From: Nitrosopumilaceae archaeon | Lineage (GTDB): Archaea; Thermoproteota; Nitrososphaeria; Nitrososphaerales; Nitrosopumilaceae | Direction: 5' to 3' | Assembly: GCA_052389415.1 (NCBI GenBank) | Contig: JBQTHX010000043.1 | Location: 1-20,870, forward strand | Length of the DNA: 20,870 bases | In this document: one piece after another, positions 8,888-16,956 of the stretch | Layout of the letters: the number at the start of each line of letters is the position of its first letter | How positions within the stretch are numbered: position 1 is the stretch's first letter | Made by a program: the position numbers and the translations under genes | Notes under the pieces: model-generated | What the model saw: the letters and a program-made list of their open reading frames with translations, nothing else | Database searches by the model: none | What the model was told of the DNA's origin: nothing

Positions 8888-10474
8888 ATGGAAGAACAGG
8901 AGATCATAGGAAGAGGAACATGGATAGACAAGCTTGCTCACGAGCTTGTACAAAGAGAGAAGGAACTTGGCCGCAACCTAAGTAACATCAAGGTAGAAAG
9001 TGGGCTTGGCGCATCCGGCATACCTCACATTGGAAGTCTGGGAGATGCAGTTAGAGCATATGGAGTAAAGCTTGCCTTGGAAAATTTGGGATACAAGTCT
9101 GAGTTAATCGCATATTCAGACGACATGGATGGATTACGAAAAATTCCAGAGGGGTTTCCTGACTGGCTACAAGAACATATTGCAAAACCGGTATCCTTTA
9201 TTCCTGATCCTTTTAGCTGTCATGATTCTTACGGGTTGCATATGAGCAGTCTTCTCCTTGATGGGCTAGACAAACTTGGTATCAAATATAGATTTCAAAG
9301 AGGAGTTGATACGTACAAGAATGGATTGCTAAAGGATCAGATTCACATTATTTTGATTAACAGTAAAAAGATTGGCGAAAAAATTGCAGAACTTGTTGGA
9401 CAAGAAAAATACCAAGAATCGCTTCCATACTTTCCAGTTTGCTCCAATTGCGGAAGACTGTATACCGCAGAAGCTTATGAATACCTGGCTGATGAGCGAA
9501 AAATAAAATACAGATGCCATCAAACAACAATAGGGTCCAAGACATTAACCGGTTGCGGCCATGATGGAATTGCAGATATCACAAAGGACCTTGGGAAATT
9601 GGCATGGAAGGTAGAATTTGCTGCAAGGTGGCAGGCCTTTGATGTCAGGTTTGAGGCATATGGAAAAGATATCATGGATTCTGTCAAGGTAAACGATTGG
9701 GTTGCAGATGAGGTTCTTAGGTTTCCTCATCCACATCATGTCAGATATGAGATGTTTTTAGACAAGGGTGGCAAAAAGATTTCCAAGTCACTAGGAAACG
9801 TTGTCACCTCTCAAGCTTGGCTGAAATATGGAACTCCAAAATCAATTTTATTGCTGCTCTACAAAAGAATAACAGGAACTCGTGAAGTAGGCTTTGAAGA
9901 CATTCCTGCTTTGATGGATGAGTACAATGAACTTGAAAACATTTACTTTGGAAAGATAAAGCTAGATAATGAAACAAAGACAATTCGCGCCAAGGGCCTG
10001 TACGAATACGTAAACCTGTTGAATACTCACAAAGAGCCAAGTAAGTATGTCAACTATAGATTACTAGTACAACTTTGCACAATCTTTAGAGAACAACGAA
10101 ACCAACATGTAATAAAAAAACTAATCGAATACGGCACAATAAAAGAATCATCTCCAGAAATTGAAGCACTAGTTAGTCTAGCTGGAAATTATGCAGATGA
10201 TTTTGATAAACCATCAAAGGTAGAGATTCAAATTGATGCCAAAACACGAAATGCGATTAAAAGTCTAGCTGACCTACTTTTGGCTGATGACGAGCTGCCA
10301 GATCTTCAGAATTCAATTTATCAGATTGCAAAAAACTCCGGTCTTCAACCAAAGGATTTTTTCAAGATTTTGTACCAGATCATTCTTGCATCAGACCGTG
10401 GTCCAAAGATAGGTCCTTTTATAATTGACATTGGTAGAAAAAAAGTCGCACAAACCCTCTCTGAGCACCTTTAA
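8888..10474 (+). CDS. lysS: Lysine--tRNA ligase, class I
   Basis: SGIPHIGS (HIGH-like), DDMDGLRKIP, KLAWKVEFAARW, EAYGKD, KISKS (KMSKS-like) and GPKIG. Confidence 0.96.
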   Translation: MEEQEIIGRGTWIDKLAHELVQREKELGRNLSNIKVESGLGASGIPHIGSLGDAVRAYGVKLALENLGYKSELIAYSDDMDGLRKIPEGFPDWLQEHIAKPVSFIPDPFSCHDSYGLHMSSLLLDGLDKLGIKYRFQRGVDTYKNGLLKDQIHIILINSKKIGEKIAELVGQEKYQESLPYFPVCSNCGRLYTAEAYEYLADERKIKYRCHQTTIGSKTLTGCGHDGIADITKDLGKLAWKVEFAARWQAFDVRFEAYGKDIMDSVKVNDWVADEVLRFPHPHHVRYEMFLDKGGKKISKSLGNVVTSQAWLKYGTPKSILLLLYKRITGTREVGFEDIPALMDEYNELENIYFGKIKLDNETKTIRAKGLYEYVNLLNTHKEPSKYVNYRLLVQLCTIFREQRNQHVIKKLIEYGTIKESSPEIEALVSLAGNYADDFDKPSKVEIQIDAKTRNAIKSLADLLLADDELPDLQNSIYQIAKNSGLQPKDFFKILYQIILASDRGPKIGPFIIDIGRKKVAQTLSEHL

Positions 10475-10475
10475 A

Positions 10476-10676
10476 ATGGCACACAACGAACACAATAGGA
10501 TAAAAAACAAAGGAAGTTTTGTGCTGATCTTATTTGGCGCATTTCTTTTCATCTCAGCTGTGCTATTTTTAGAGCCTGGTTCTGATCTAGGCAAAGTTGC
10601 GATAATCCTGGGATTTGTGATAGGCGGAATCGGCTTTTTCCTTGGATTTGCAAAAAAAAGAAATCCCAGTCAATAA
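10476..10676 (+). CDS. Small two-TM membrane protein
   Basis: ATG 1 nt after the lysS stop; 66 aa with two hydrophobic helices and a basic C-terminus. Confidence 0.65.
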   Translation: MAHNEHNRIKNKGSFVLILFGAFLFISAVLFLEPGSDLGKVAIILGFVIGGIGFFLGFAKKRNPSQ

Positions 10677-10763
10677 AAATGCCCAAATTATAAAATGTAA
10701 AAAGTTCTAAGGAATAAATTGAAAGGCGACTTTTCTATATACTAGAATAGGCTGGCTATAATC

Positions 10764-11570
10764 ATGGGAATACTAAAGCGCTTAAAAAAAGAATCAAAAG
10801 AAGTAACTGGGAATGCAGATATCAGTAAAGACTCGGAAATTATAGAAAAGGTCGAAGTGGATACCGTAAATAAAGAGCTGGACCATGCCAGAAAAGAACT
10901 CCAAGATACTGTTACAACACTTGATGCTACAGCTCGCAAATTAGAGCATTTGAAAGATGAATATGAAAAAAAATCAAGAGATTTTGAATCTCTAACAAAA
11001 GAATTAGAAGAAAAAAAGAAAGAGATAAAATTGGTTAAAGAAGAACACGAGTATATATCATCACAACTAAGGTCAGCAAAAGACGATCTTTCTTACACTA
11101 AATCACAATACAATGAGGAGGAAATTGAGGATTTGAAAGAAAAGAGCCAAGCTGCAAGAAATGAAATTGGTTCTATAAATTCTCAAAAAGAAAAAGCGAG
11201 AATAGAACTAGATGATCTGAATTCACAAATTGAACATGTAAGATCAGAATTACGTTCTTTGGAATCACAACACGAGACAAAAAAGAGAGAGGTTGCAGAT
11301 ACAAAAAAAGAGCTAGAATTTATAGAAAAACAATTGTATACTGTTGGAAAAAGAGAAGATTCAAAAAAAATAGTGGAAGCAGCAGGATCTGTTCTAGCTT
11401 CACTGAACTCTAAATACGATGCTACCAAAAGAGAACTTGAAATAGTAAAAACTGCCCTTGCTAGAATAAAAAATGATTATGACGTTACAAAAGCAGAGCT
11501 TGATCTGCTCAAGAGTATATCTGAAAAACATATTTCAGGAGAGTCAACCATATCTGAGGAGTTGACATAG
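10764..11570 (+). CDS. Long coiled-coil protein of unknown function
   Basis: 268 aa, E/K/L-rich heptad pattern over more than 200 residues, no prolines. Confidence 0.8.
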   Translation: MGILKRLKKESKEVTGNADISKDSEIIEKVEVDTVNKELDHARKELQDTVTTLDATARKLEHLKDEYEKKSRDFESLTKELEEKKKEIKLVKEEHEYISSQLRSAKDDLSYTKSQYNEEEIEDLKEKSQAARNEIGSINSQKEKARIELDDLNSQIEHVRSELRSLESQHETKKREVADTKKELEFIEKQLYTVGKREDSKKIVEAAGSVLASLNSKYDATKRELEIVKTALARIKNDYDVTKAELDLLKSISEKHISGESTISEELT

Positions 11571-11876
11571 ATGAATTATTCTTTTCAAGTCGACACCCCA
11601 TACATTCCAAATGAAAAAGGTTGTAGATTAATCTGGAACTATGATGACGGACAAGAAAATGTCATCTATCTAAGACATAAAGATCTATTGCAATTAGGAG
11701 AGATTCTCTCTCATGACTCTACTGACAAGATAGAACTTGAAGATGAGGTAAGTTCCATAATGGTAAACTCTGATACAACAGAATTTTTTATGGCAGGCAT
11801 GAAGCCCTTAGAGATTCAGACAAAGACTCTAAAAGAGAAAATAGCAGAGTTTTTAGTAAAAAACCCTGATGCATAA
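11571..11876 (+). CDS. Acidic hypothetical protein
   Basis: ATG directly follows the stop of the coiled-coil gene (TAG-ATG); 101 aa. Confidence 0.7.
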   Translation: MNYSFQVDTPYIPNEKGCRLIWNYDDGQENVIYLRHKDLLQLGEILSHDSTDKIELEDEVSSIMVNSDTTEFFMAGMKPLEIQTKTLKEKIAEFLVKNPDA

Positions 11877-12564
11877 ACGCACTATTTTTCTAGTCAATGA
11901 ATATAGATATTTCAAGACAGAAATGCCAAAAAACATTCCAAAAGAAACCCGTGTCTGGCCAAAAGGATATGTTCCAAGTAAAGAGATTGCGATTGACAAT
12001 AGAAGCGACCTTCTTAATGTGCTTCTAACATCAAAGATTCCTGAAAAAAATGTCAATACTGATTTATTTTATGTAATGTCAACGCGACGTTCTACTAGAA
12101 AATTTTCGTCAAGACAGGTAGAACAGTGGAAGATTGATAAGATACTTGCTGCTGCAGATACTGCTCCTACGGCAGGGAATTTCCAAGGCTTTGAGATTTT
12201 TTATGTCAAGGATTCAAAGGTAAAAGAAAAGCTAGTTGAAGCAGCAAATAACCAACCCTATGTCAATACCCAAATAGTTTTGGTATTTTGCATGAATCCA
12301 GATCGCGTCAAGCTGAACTTTCCACCTGATATTCTTGCAAAATTTTCAATACAGGATGCAACACTAGCGGCTGCATACTCTCAGCTAGTAGCATCTGCAC
12401 TGGGATTGAGCTCAATTTGGATAGGGATGATAGATGAGGATAAAGTCAAAGCTGCATTAGGCACGAAACTTAGACCGTCCTCTCTTTTATGCATTGGATA
12501 TCCTGAGCTAAAACGAGGTCCCAAGTCACGGAGAAAATTGAAAGACCTTATACATGTAGTTTAG
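11869..12564 (+). CDS. Nitroreductase family protein
   Basis: RRSTRKF, APTAGNFQ and QDATLAAAYSQLVASALGLSSIWIG...IGYP FMN-binding motifs. The start is more likely the ATG at 11923. Confidence 0.92.
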   Translation: MHKRTIFLVNEYRYFKTEMPKNIPKETRVWPKGYVPSKEIAIDNRSDLLNVLLTSKIPEKNVNTDLFYVMSTRRSTRKFSSRQVEQWKIDKILAAADTAPTAGNFQGFEIFYVKDSKVKEKLVEAANNQPYVNTQIVLVFCMNPDRVKLNFPPDILAKFSIQDATLAAAYSQLVASALGLSSIWIGMIDEDKVKAALGTKLRPSSLLCIGYPELKRGPKSRRKLKDLIHVV

Positions 12565-12601
12565 AAAGAAGTTTTTATGAAATGGTGTTTTATCTTTTGA
12601 T

Positions 12602-12763
12602 ATGTCAAAAGTCAAAGATATTGCCAAAGTGTTTATTTTTCTAATAGGAGGAATAGCGATAGTAATAGTAGGCGGATTTATGATGAGAAGTATTGCAAGA
12701 TTGTGGGAACACAAAGATACTGATAAACAAGGTATCCCAAAAAGAAAGTACAGTTTCAAATAG
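12602..12763 (+). CDS. Small single-TM membrane protein (53 aa, not in the ORF track)
   Basis: Manual translation MSKVKDIAKVFIFLIGGIAIVIVGGFMMRSIARLWEHKDTDKQGIPKRKYSFK*. One TM helix and a basic tail; fills the gap between co-oriented genes. Confidence 0.65.
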   Translation: MSKVKDIAKVFIFLIGGIAIVIVGGFMMRSIARLWEHKDTDKQGIPKRKYSFK

Positions 12764-12784
12764 TAAAATAAACGATTTCAGAAC

Positions 12785-13153
12785 ATGCATTACGATTATT
12801 TAAAAACCATTTTGAAACAGGTTTTGGAGTGCTATGAAAAATTAAAGGAGGTAAGAGACAGACCAGGGGATCTCGACGTCATAAAAAAAGAGCTTGACAA
12901 GATTCAAGGCATAGTAAAAGTGTTAACACGCAAAATAGAGAAATCTGGAAATTATTCTGATAGTTACTCTGAACTTTTGAAAGCATCAGAGTCATTTCTT
13001 AGGGATCATAATTTCCATACAGAAATTGAGAAACTCTCTTTATTGTATTCAGAAGATTCGTTTAGAATAAGAAATATGAGGTTGTCAATTATTTATGCAC
13101 TAGAAGAAAGCAAACTGATTCCAAAAAGCATCGAGTTATTGAAAGTATTATAG
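12785..13153 (+). CDS. Helical hypothetical protein
   Basis: 122-aa ORF with amphipathic helical pattern; converges on the tubulin pair. Confidence 0.7.
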   Translation: MHYDYLKTILKQVLECYEKLKEVRDRPGDLDVIKKELDKIQGIVKVLTRKIEKSGNYSDSYSELLKASESFLRDHNFHTEIEKLSLLYSEDSFRIRNMRLSIIYALEESKLIPKSIELLKVL

Positions 13154-13164
13154 AAAAACTGTTG

Positions 13165-13710
13165 CTACTTTTTCTTTATTAGCAGCGTTTTTTGTACCTC
13201 ATTCATACTGCTAATGAACTTCTTTTTTGCTTCCAGCTCGTCAGATACTTTAATCGTGACTTCAGATGATGAAAGCATCACATCTTTTACAACCAATGGA
13301 GCGCTCAGACCAAGTAACTCGCTTAGTATATCAAATACGTTTTTGAATTTTGCACCATCTCTATACTGGTATATGGTGTTACCATCGCTGAATCTTGGGA
13401 CTGGATCTAGAGGAATTACTATATCTGGGGAAGTGATGTCTTCAATGAATTTTTCAATATCTTCTTTGATCGAATTCTCCAGTTCTTCTTTTTGAGAAAT
13501 TAGCTTGTCTCTTGATTGCTCCAGCTCTGCAAGCTCATCATTGTATTCTACACCTATCATCTTTGCAAAAGTAGATTCTGCGACTCGTTTTAGTGGAAGT
13601 TCGTGTATCTTTGCCTTGACATCTAAAAGTACATCATCAACATCATCTAGATGTTGCCTATTTGTCTTGATTCTTCCTGCCAGCACTTCTAGGGTCGGAA
13701 AGTCAGACAT
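13165..13710 (-). CDS. Uncharacterised protein with an N-terminal coiled-coil hairpin, downstream of the tubulin gene
   Basis: 181 aa; starts 11 nt after the tubulin stop. N-half heptads (LDDVDDVLLDVKAKI; LAELEQSRDKLISQKEELE); C-half looks alpha/beta. Confidence 0.8.
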   Translation of the reverse strand: MSDFPTLEVLAGRIKTNRQHLDDVDDVLLDVKAKIHELPLKRVAESTFAKMIGVEYNDELAELEQSRDKLISQKEELENSIKEDIEKFIEDITSPDIVIPLDPVPRFSDGNTIYQYRDGAKFKNVFDILSELLGLSAPLVVKDVMLSSSEVTIKVSDELEAKKKFISSMNEVQKTLLIKKK

Positions 13711-13721
13711 ATCAATAACCC

Positions 13722-15122
13722 TTAGCTAAATTGGTGAACTACATCCATCAAGCTTTGTTTGAATTCTTCCGTGGTCAAACCCCATTTTCCATATTCTTCC
13801 TTGTATGCATCCCATGATTCTTCTGCTTCACGTGCAAGATCGAGGATCTTTGGACCTATAGCTTTGGTGTTGACAAGAATTGTGATGTTAGCTTGTTCAC
13901 TTTCAAGTATTGGTATTTTTATGAATATCATTCTTGAATCCTCGATGTTGAATCTTTCTTTGATCAAATTCTTCAGAATCTCTCTTTCTCTTTTATCAAA
14001 ATCACCTTTAATTTTCACAAGAGCACAGCAAGAGTCCTTTGGCCCACCGTGATTTCTGATGTCATTTTCATCAATATCAAACAGTATAGCATCCTCTCTT
14101 TTCTTTATGTGATCAATTATACTGTCCATCGTGTTAGTCTTTCCTCCTGGGATGATATTTTGTCCCCACTGAGCTACTTCTGGTACAAGAGGAATCACCC
14201 ATGGAATGGCAAATCTTGGCCTCTTTGTAGCAAGCCAAGTTCTATAGTTTGACATGTCCCACTCTGTCTCTCTTGCAAAAGAGGAGACAAACATTGAGAT
14301 TGCATTTGCAGCTATCAAGTTCATGCCTTTGTAATCCTTCCAACCAACCTCTTGCTCATGTGGAAGATCATCTATGATTGAAGGAATCTTTTCTAACTTT
14401 TTCTCAAACTTGTGTGCTAGTTCCCGCAATCTCTTGTTTGAAAACAAGATAGAGCAGTCACTGTATTTTATCTGGTATTCCAAATTCATTACGATATTAA
14501 TTGCAGCAGCCTCCAAAATTATTGGATCCCATCCAAACTCTGGTAACAGACCCAGAGTTGCAATAGTAGCATGCTCTTTAGTATCCTTTTTAATGAATTG
14601 AATAAACGAGCTTGCAAATGAACTTCCAGTTCCACCACCCATTGCAAAGGGCACAGTAAAACCTCGCACTGGTTCTGGTGAGAGTGCAGAAAGTTGTTTT
14701 TGCATATCAAACTTTGTACTAACTTCTTTGATGAATCTTGTTCTTCCTTCTGCCCAGTTTCGTGCAGCTCCTCCTGCACCATGAATTACGTGCTTGTCTC
14801 TTAATGCGAAAAGATCTGGATATGATTGGAGAATTAGATTTGCTGCTCTTGGATCCAAATCCACTAGTAAAGCTCTTGGAATAAGAGGAATGTCACCACC
14901 AGAGTATCCGCTTGGAAATCGCAATATGGTGCTGCCATATCTTTTCAAAACTCTAGACTCATCCTTTTCAGTTTTCAGAGTGGGTTTTAGAGGATTTGCA
15001 CCAACATCAAGCAAGAGTCTTCTGTATGATTCTGCACCAAGACCTATTCCACAATGACCAAAACAGGTCATCAGAACAGGGGCAGGTGGTAGAGGGGCAA
15101 GCTTTGACAAGTTATTCACCAA
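13722..15122 (-). CDS. Eukaryote-like tubulin (artubulin-like GTPase)
   Basis: GHCG (T1, cf. GQCG), PRALLVDLDP (cf. PRAVLVDLEP), GAGGAARNWAEG (cf. GQSGAGNNWAKG), GGGTGSS at 14619-14639 (signature GGGTGSG), FSNKRL (cf. DNEAL), YKGMN (cf. YGDLN). The C-terminus NTKAI...AYKEEYGKWGLTTEEF matches tubulin NSTAI...AFLHWYTGEGMDEMEF. The exact start is uncertain (TTG/GTG). Confidence 0.92.
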   Translation of the reverse strand: MVNNLSKLAPLPPAPVLMTCFGHCGIGLGAESYRRLLLDVGANPLKPTLKTEKDESRVLKRYGSTILRFPSGYSGGDIPLIPRALLVDLDPRAANLILQSYPDLFALRDKHVIHGAGGAARNWAEGRTRFIKEVSTKFDMQKQLSALSPEPVRGFTVPFAMGGGTGSSFASSFIQFIKKDTKEHATIATLGLLPEFGWDPIILEAAAINIVMNLEYQIKYSDCSILFSNKRLRELAHKFEKKLEKIPSIIDDLPHEQEVGWKDYKGMNLIAANAISMFVSSFARETEWDMSNYRTWLATKRPRFAIPWVIPLVPEVAQWGQNIIPGGKTNTMDSIIDHIKKREDAILFDIDENDIRNHGGPKDSCCALVKIKGDFDKREREILKNLIKERFNIEDSRMIFIKIPILESEQANITILVNTKAIGPKILDLAREAEESWDAYKEEYGKWGLTTEEFKQSLMDVVHQFS

Positions 15123-15232
15123 AACAGATAGGAGCCTGTTCCCTATTGAAGCATAAATAATGTATCATAGTTAATCGTTCTAGAATCTCCTTTATATTAA
15201 TACATTTAAGATTTTAGGAGAATTGATCCTTA

Positions 15233-15598
15233 CTAGCTCTCTTGAATGATCTTTTTTAGAGCTTGAAATTCCTCTAAGGTAATTTCTCCTGATGCTAGTC
15301 TGTTCTTTAGAATTGAGAGAGCTCCACTAGGTGCTTTGTTGGTATCGTGCTTTTGTTTTGTATCTTCCTTTTTTTCTTCCTTCTTTACTTCTTTTTTTGA
15401 TTTTTTCTTGTCACTCTTTTCTTCTGTCTTACTTTCTTGTTCTTCTTTCTGAGAAAAAAGATCTTCAAGATATCTATAATCTGAGAAATATAACGGAGTC
15501 TTTTGTTTGATTGTATTTAGTATTTCATGCAGTCTATTTAGATCTCCTCTACCTGAATCAATCAAATTTTGAATCGATCTTATCATATCTTCTGACAT
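15233..15598 (-). CDS. SHOCT domain-containing protein
   Basis: C-terminal ALSILKNRLASGEITLEEFQALKK is a SHOCT motif, joined by a K/E-rich linker to an N-terminal helical domain. Confidence 0.8.
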   Translation of the reverse strand: MSEDMIRSIQNLIDSGRGDLNRLHEILNTIKQKTPLYFSDYRYLEDLFSQKEEQESKTEEKSDKKKSKKEVKKEEKKEDTKQKHDTNKAPSGALSILKNRLASGEITLEEFQALKKIIQES

Positions 15599-15716
15599 GT
15601 ATATCGTATCAAGATAATGGATTTAATAAAACATGGCACTGAAATTTTTCTGCATTTAAATAGAAAAAAGATTTTTTGAGAAGGTTACTTTAATATCTCA
15701 ATTCCTAAATTAGTTT

Positions 15717-15830
15717 ATGGCACAACGATGTAGATTTTGCAAAAAGACTCTTGGATCTTGTGCGTGTGATGAAAATGCATTGGGAGAGTATCATAACAAA
15801 CCCAAAGTTCGCGATGATCCATATGGTTAA
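15717..15830 (+). CDS. Small Cys-rich putative metal-binding peptide (37 aa, not in the ORF track)
   Basis: MAQRCRFCKKTLGSCACDENALGEYHNKPKVRDDPYG*; CxxC-x6-CxC; TTTAATA box about 25 nt upstream. Confidence 0.6.
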   Translation: MAQRCRFCKKTLGSCACDENALGEYHNKPKVRDDPYG

Positions 15831-15918
15831 CAGAGAGTATTTTTCAAGCTGAGATCCAATTTTGATCAGTATTAATTTGAGGTAAATTATTAGTATCAAA
15901 TTAATTTTAATTTTCCAT

Positions 15919-16536
15919 ATGGGCAGATTAGAAATAGTGTTATACCTTGCAGCAGCTACAACAACAGCTGTCGCCGGAATTTTGCACTTGGTGATTGGCC
16001 CAAACAGTCGAGGATTTAATATCAATAATGGAATACTTTTCATAGTAGGCGGAATTGCTCAGGTATTTTGGATAATACCTATCTTAAGAAAATGGGGCAC
16101 GACATGGATTGGTATCGGAATCGGTGGAACAATTGTGTTAATCATGTTATGGATCATCACAAGATTTCCTGGAAACCCCATAACTAGCAGAGGTGGTGGT
16201 GTCAATACAATGGCAATCTTAACAGAATCATTTCAGATTGCATTTGTTGCCTTGTCCATCGTAATTCTCGTTTATCAAAGAAAGATGCACAAAGTTGAAG
16301 AAACTACTCTGAAAGGATCAATAAAGAAAAGGAGAGGTACACTTGTCCTTACGGCAATTGTGATTGCCATAATTTTGGGTGGATTGATTATACCAATGGT
16401 TTTGAACCAAGGAGAGGGAGATCAACGTACAGGCAGCCCACAAGGTCAGTTTGGAAGTGGGCCGCCCACTGGGAATAATACGTCACCGACTGGATCACAG
16501 ATTAATCAATCTGGCAACGTAACTACAAAACCCTGA
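15919..16536 (+). CDS. Multi-pass membrane protein with a low-complexity G/S/P/T/N/Q tail
   Basis: About 5 hydrophobic segments (AVAGILHL, FIVGGIAQVFW...) and a disordered C-terminus. Confidence 0.75.
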   Translation: MGRLEIVLYLAAATTTAVAGILHLVIGPNSRGFNINNGILFIVGGIAQVFWIIPILRKWGTTWIGIGIGGTIVLIMLWIITRFPGNPITSRGGGVNTMAILTESFQIAFVALSIVILVYQRKMHKVEETTLKGSIKKRRGTLVLTAIVIAIILGGLIIPMVLNQGEGDQRTGSPQGQFGSGPPTGNNTSPTGSQINQSGNVTTKP

Positions 16537-16600
16537 GTTATGGGACTGTTGAAACAATAGATGATTAAATAATTAATACTACAAATGGCCTTTTAGTATC

Positions 16601-16945
16601 ATGCCAGCTAAAGGCCTCGTAAGAATAGGATGGCAGATTGTTTTCATATTTATCCCATTCGTAAATTTGTGGGCATTTTACCGAATAAAAAAATTAAGAA
16701 AATTCCTTTTGATGGTCTGTATTCCCGAAGGTGTCATATCACTTGCAATCATACTTCCTCTGGTGGTTGAAAATGTGCAGCAAACTCTTGAGGGAAATCC
16801 AATGATGAGTAATGAGTCACTTGCTTCAACTATTATTCTATACGTTGTTGAAATAGGTTTTACACTACTTTCAATTTATCTTATTTACAAATGGTCAAAG
16901 GAATGGAATAAACAATTTTCTGGTACAAGTAACGTTTCAGTCTGA
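16601..16945 (+). CDS. Small membrane protein
   Basis: 114 aa with three hydrophobic segments (WQIVFIFIPFVNLWAFYRIKKLRK...WSKEWN). Confidence 0.7.
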   Translation: MPAKGLVRIGWQIVFIFIPFVNLWAFYRIKKLRKFLLMVCIPEGVISLAIILPLVVENVQQTLEGNPMMSNESLASTIILYVVEIGFTLLSIYLIYKWSKEWNKQFSGTSNVSV

Positions 16946-16956
16946 TGTTGTCTAGC

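Noticed and set aside
12526-12759. 77-aa minus-strand ORF
   Set aside because: Antisense to the nitroreductase end and the 53-aa TM ORF.
13165-13710. Calling the partner Snf7/CdvB
   Set aside because: No recognisable ESCRT-III pattern by eye and the C-half appears to contain beta-strands; left as unknown pending a profile search.
13722-15122. Calling this gene ftsZ or cetZ
   Set aside because: It lacks the FtsZ GGGG.N, NTD and N.DFAD motifs and has tubulin-type motifs and H11-H12.
13722-15122. Eukaryotic contamination or chimeric assembly
   Set aside because: Intronless, highly diverged from alpha/beta tubulins, and tightly packed among archaeal-style genes with no visible junction. Read mapping would settle it.
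15123-15146. Short alternative hairpins (ATAGG/CCTAT, AACAG/CTGTT) just upstream of tubulin
   Set aside because: Stems of only 5 bp are not distinguishable from chance.
15705-16043. 112-aa minus-strand ORF
   Set aside because: Overlaps the better-supported plus-strand ORFs at 15717 and 15919 and crosses an AT-rich promoter region.
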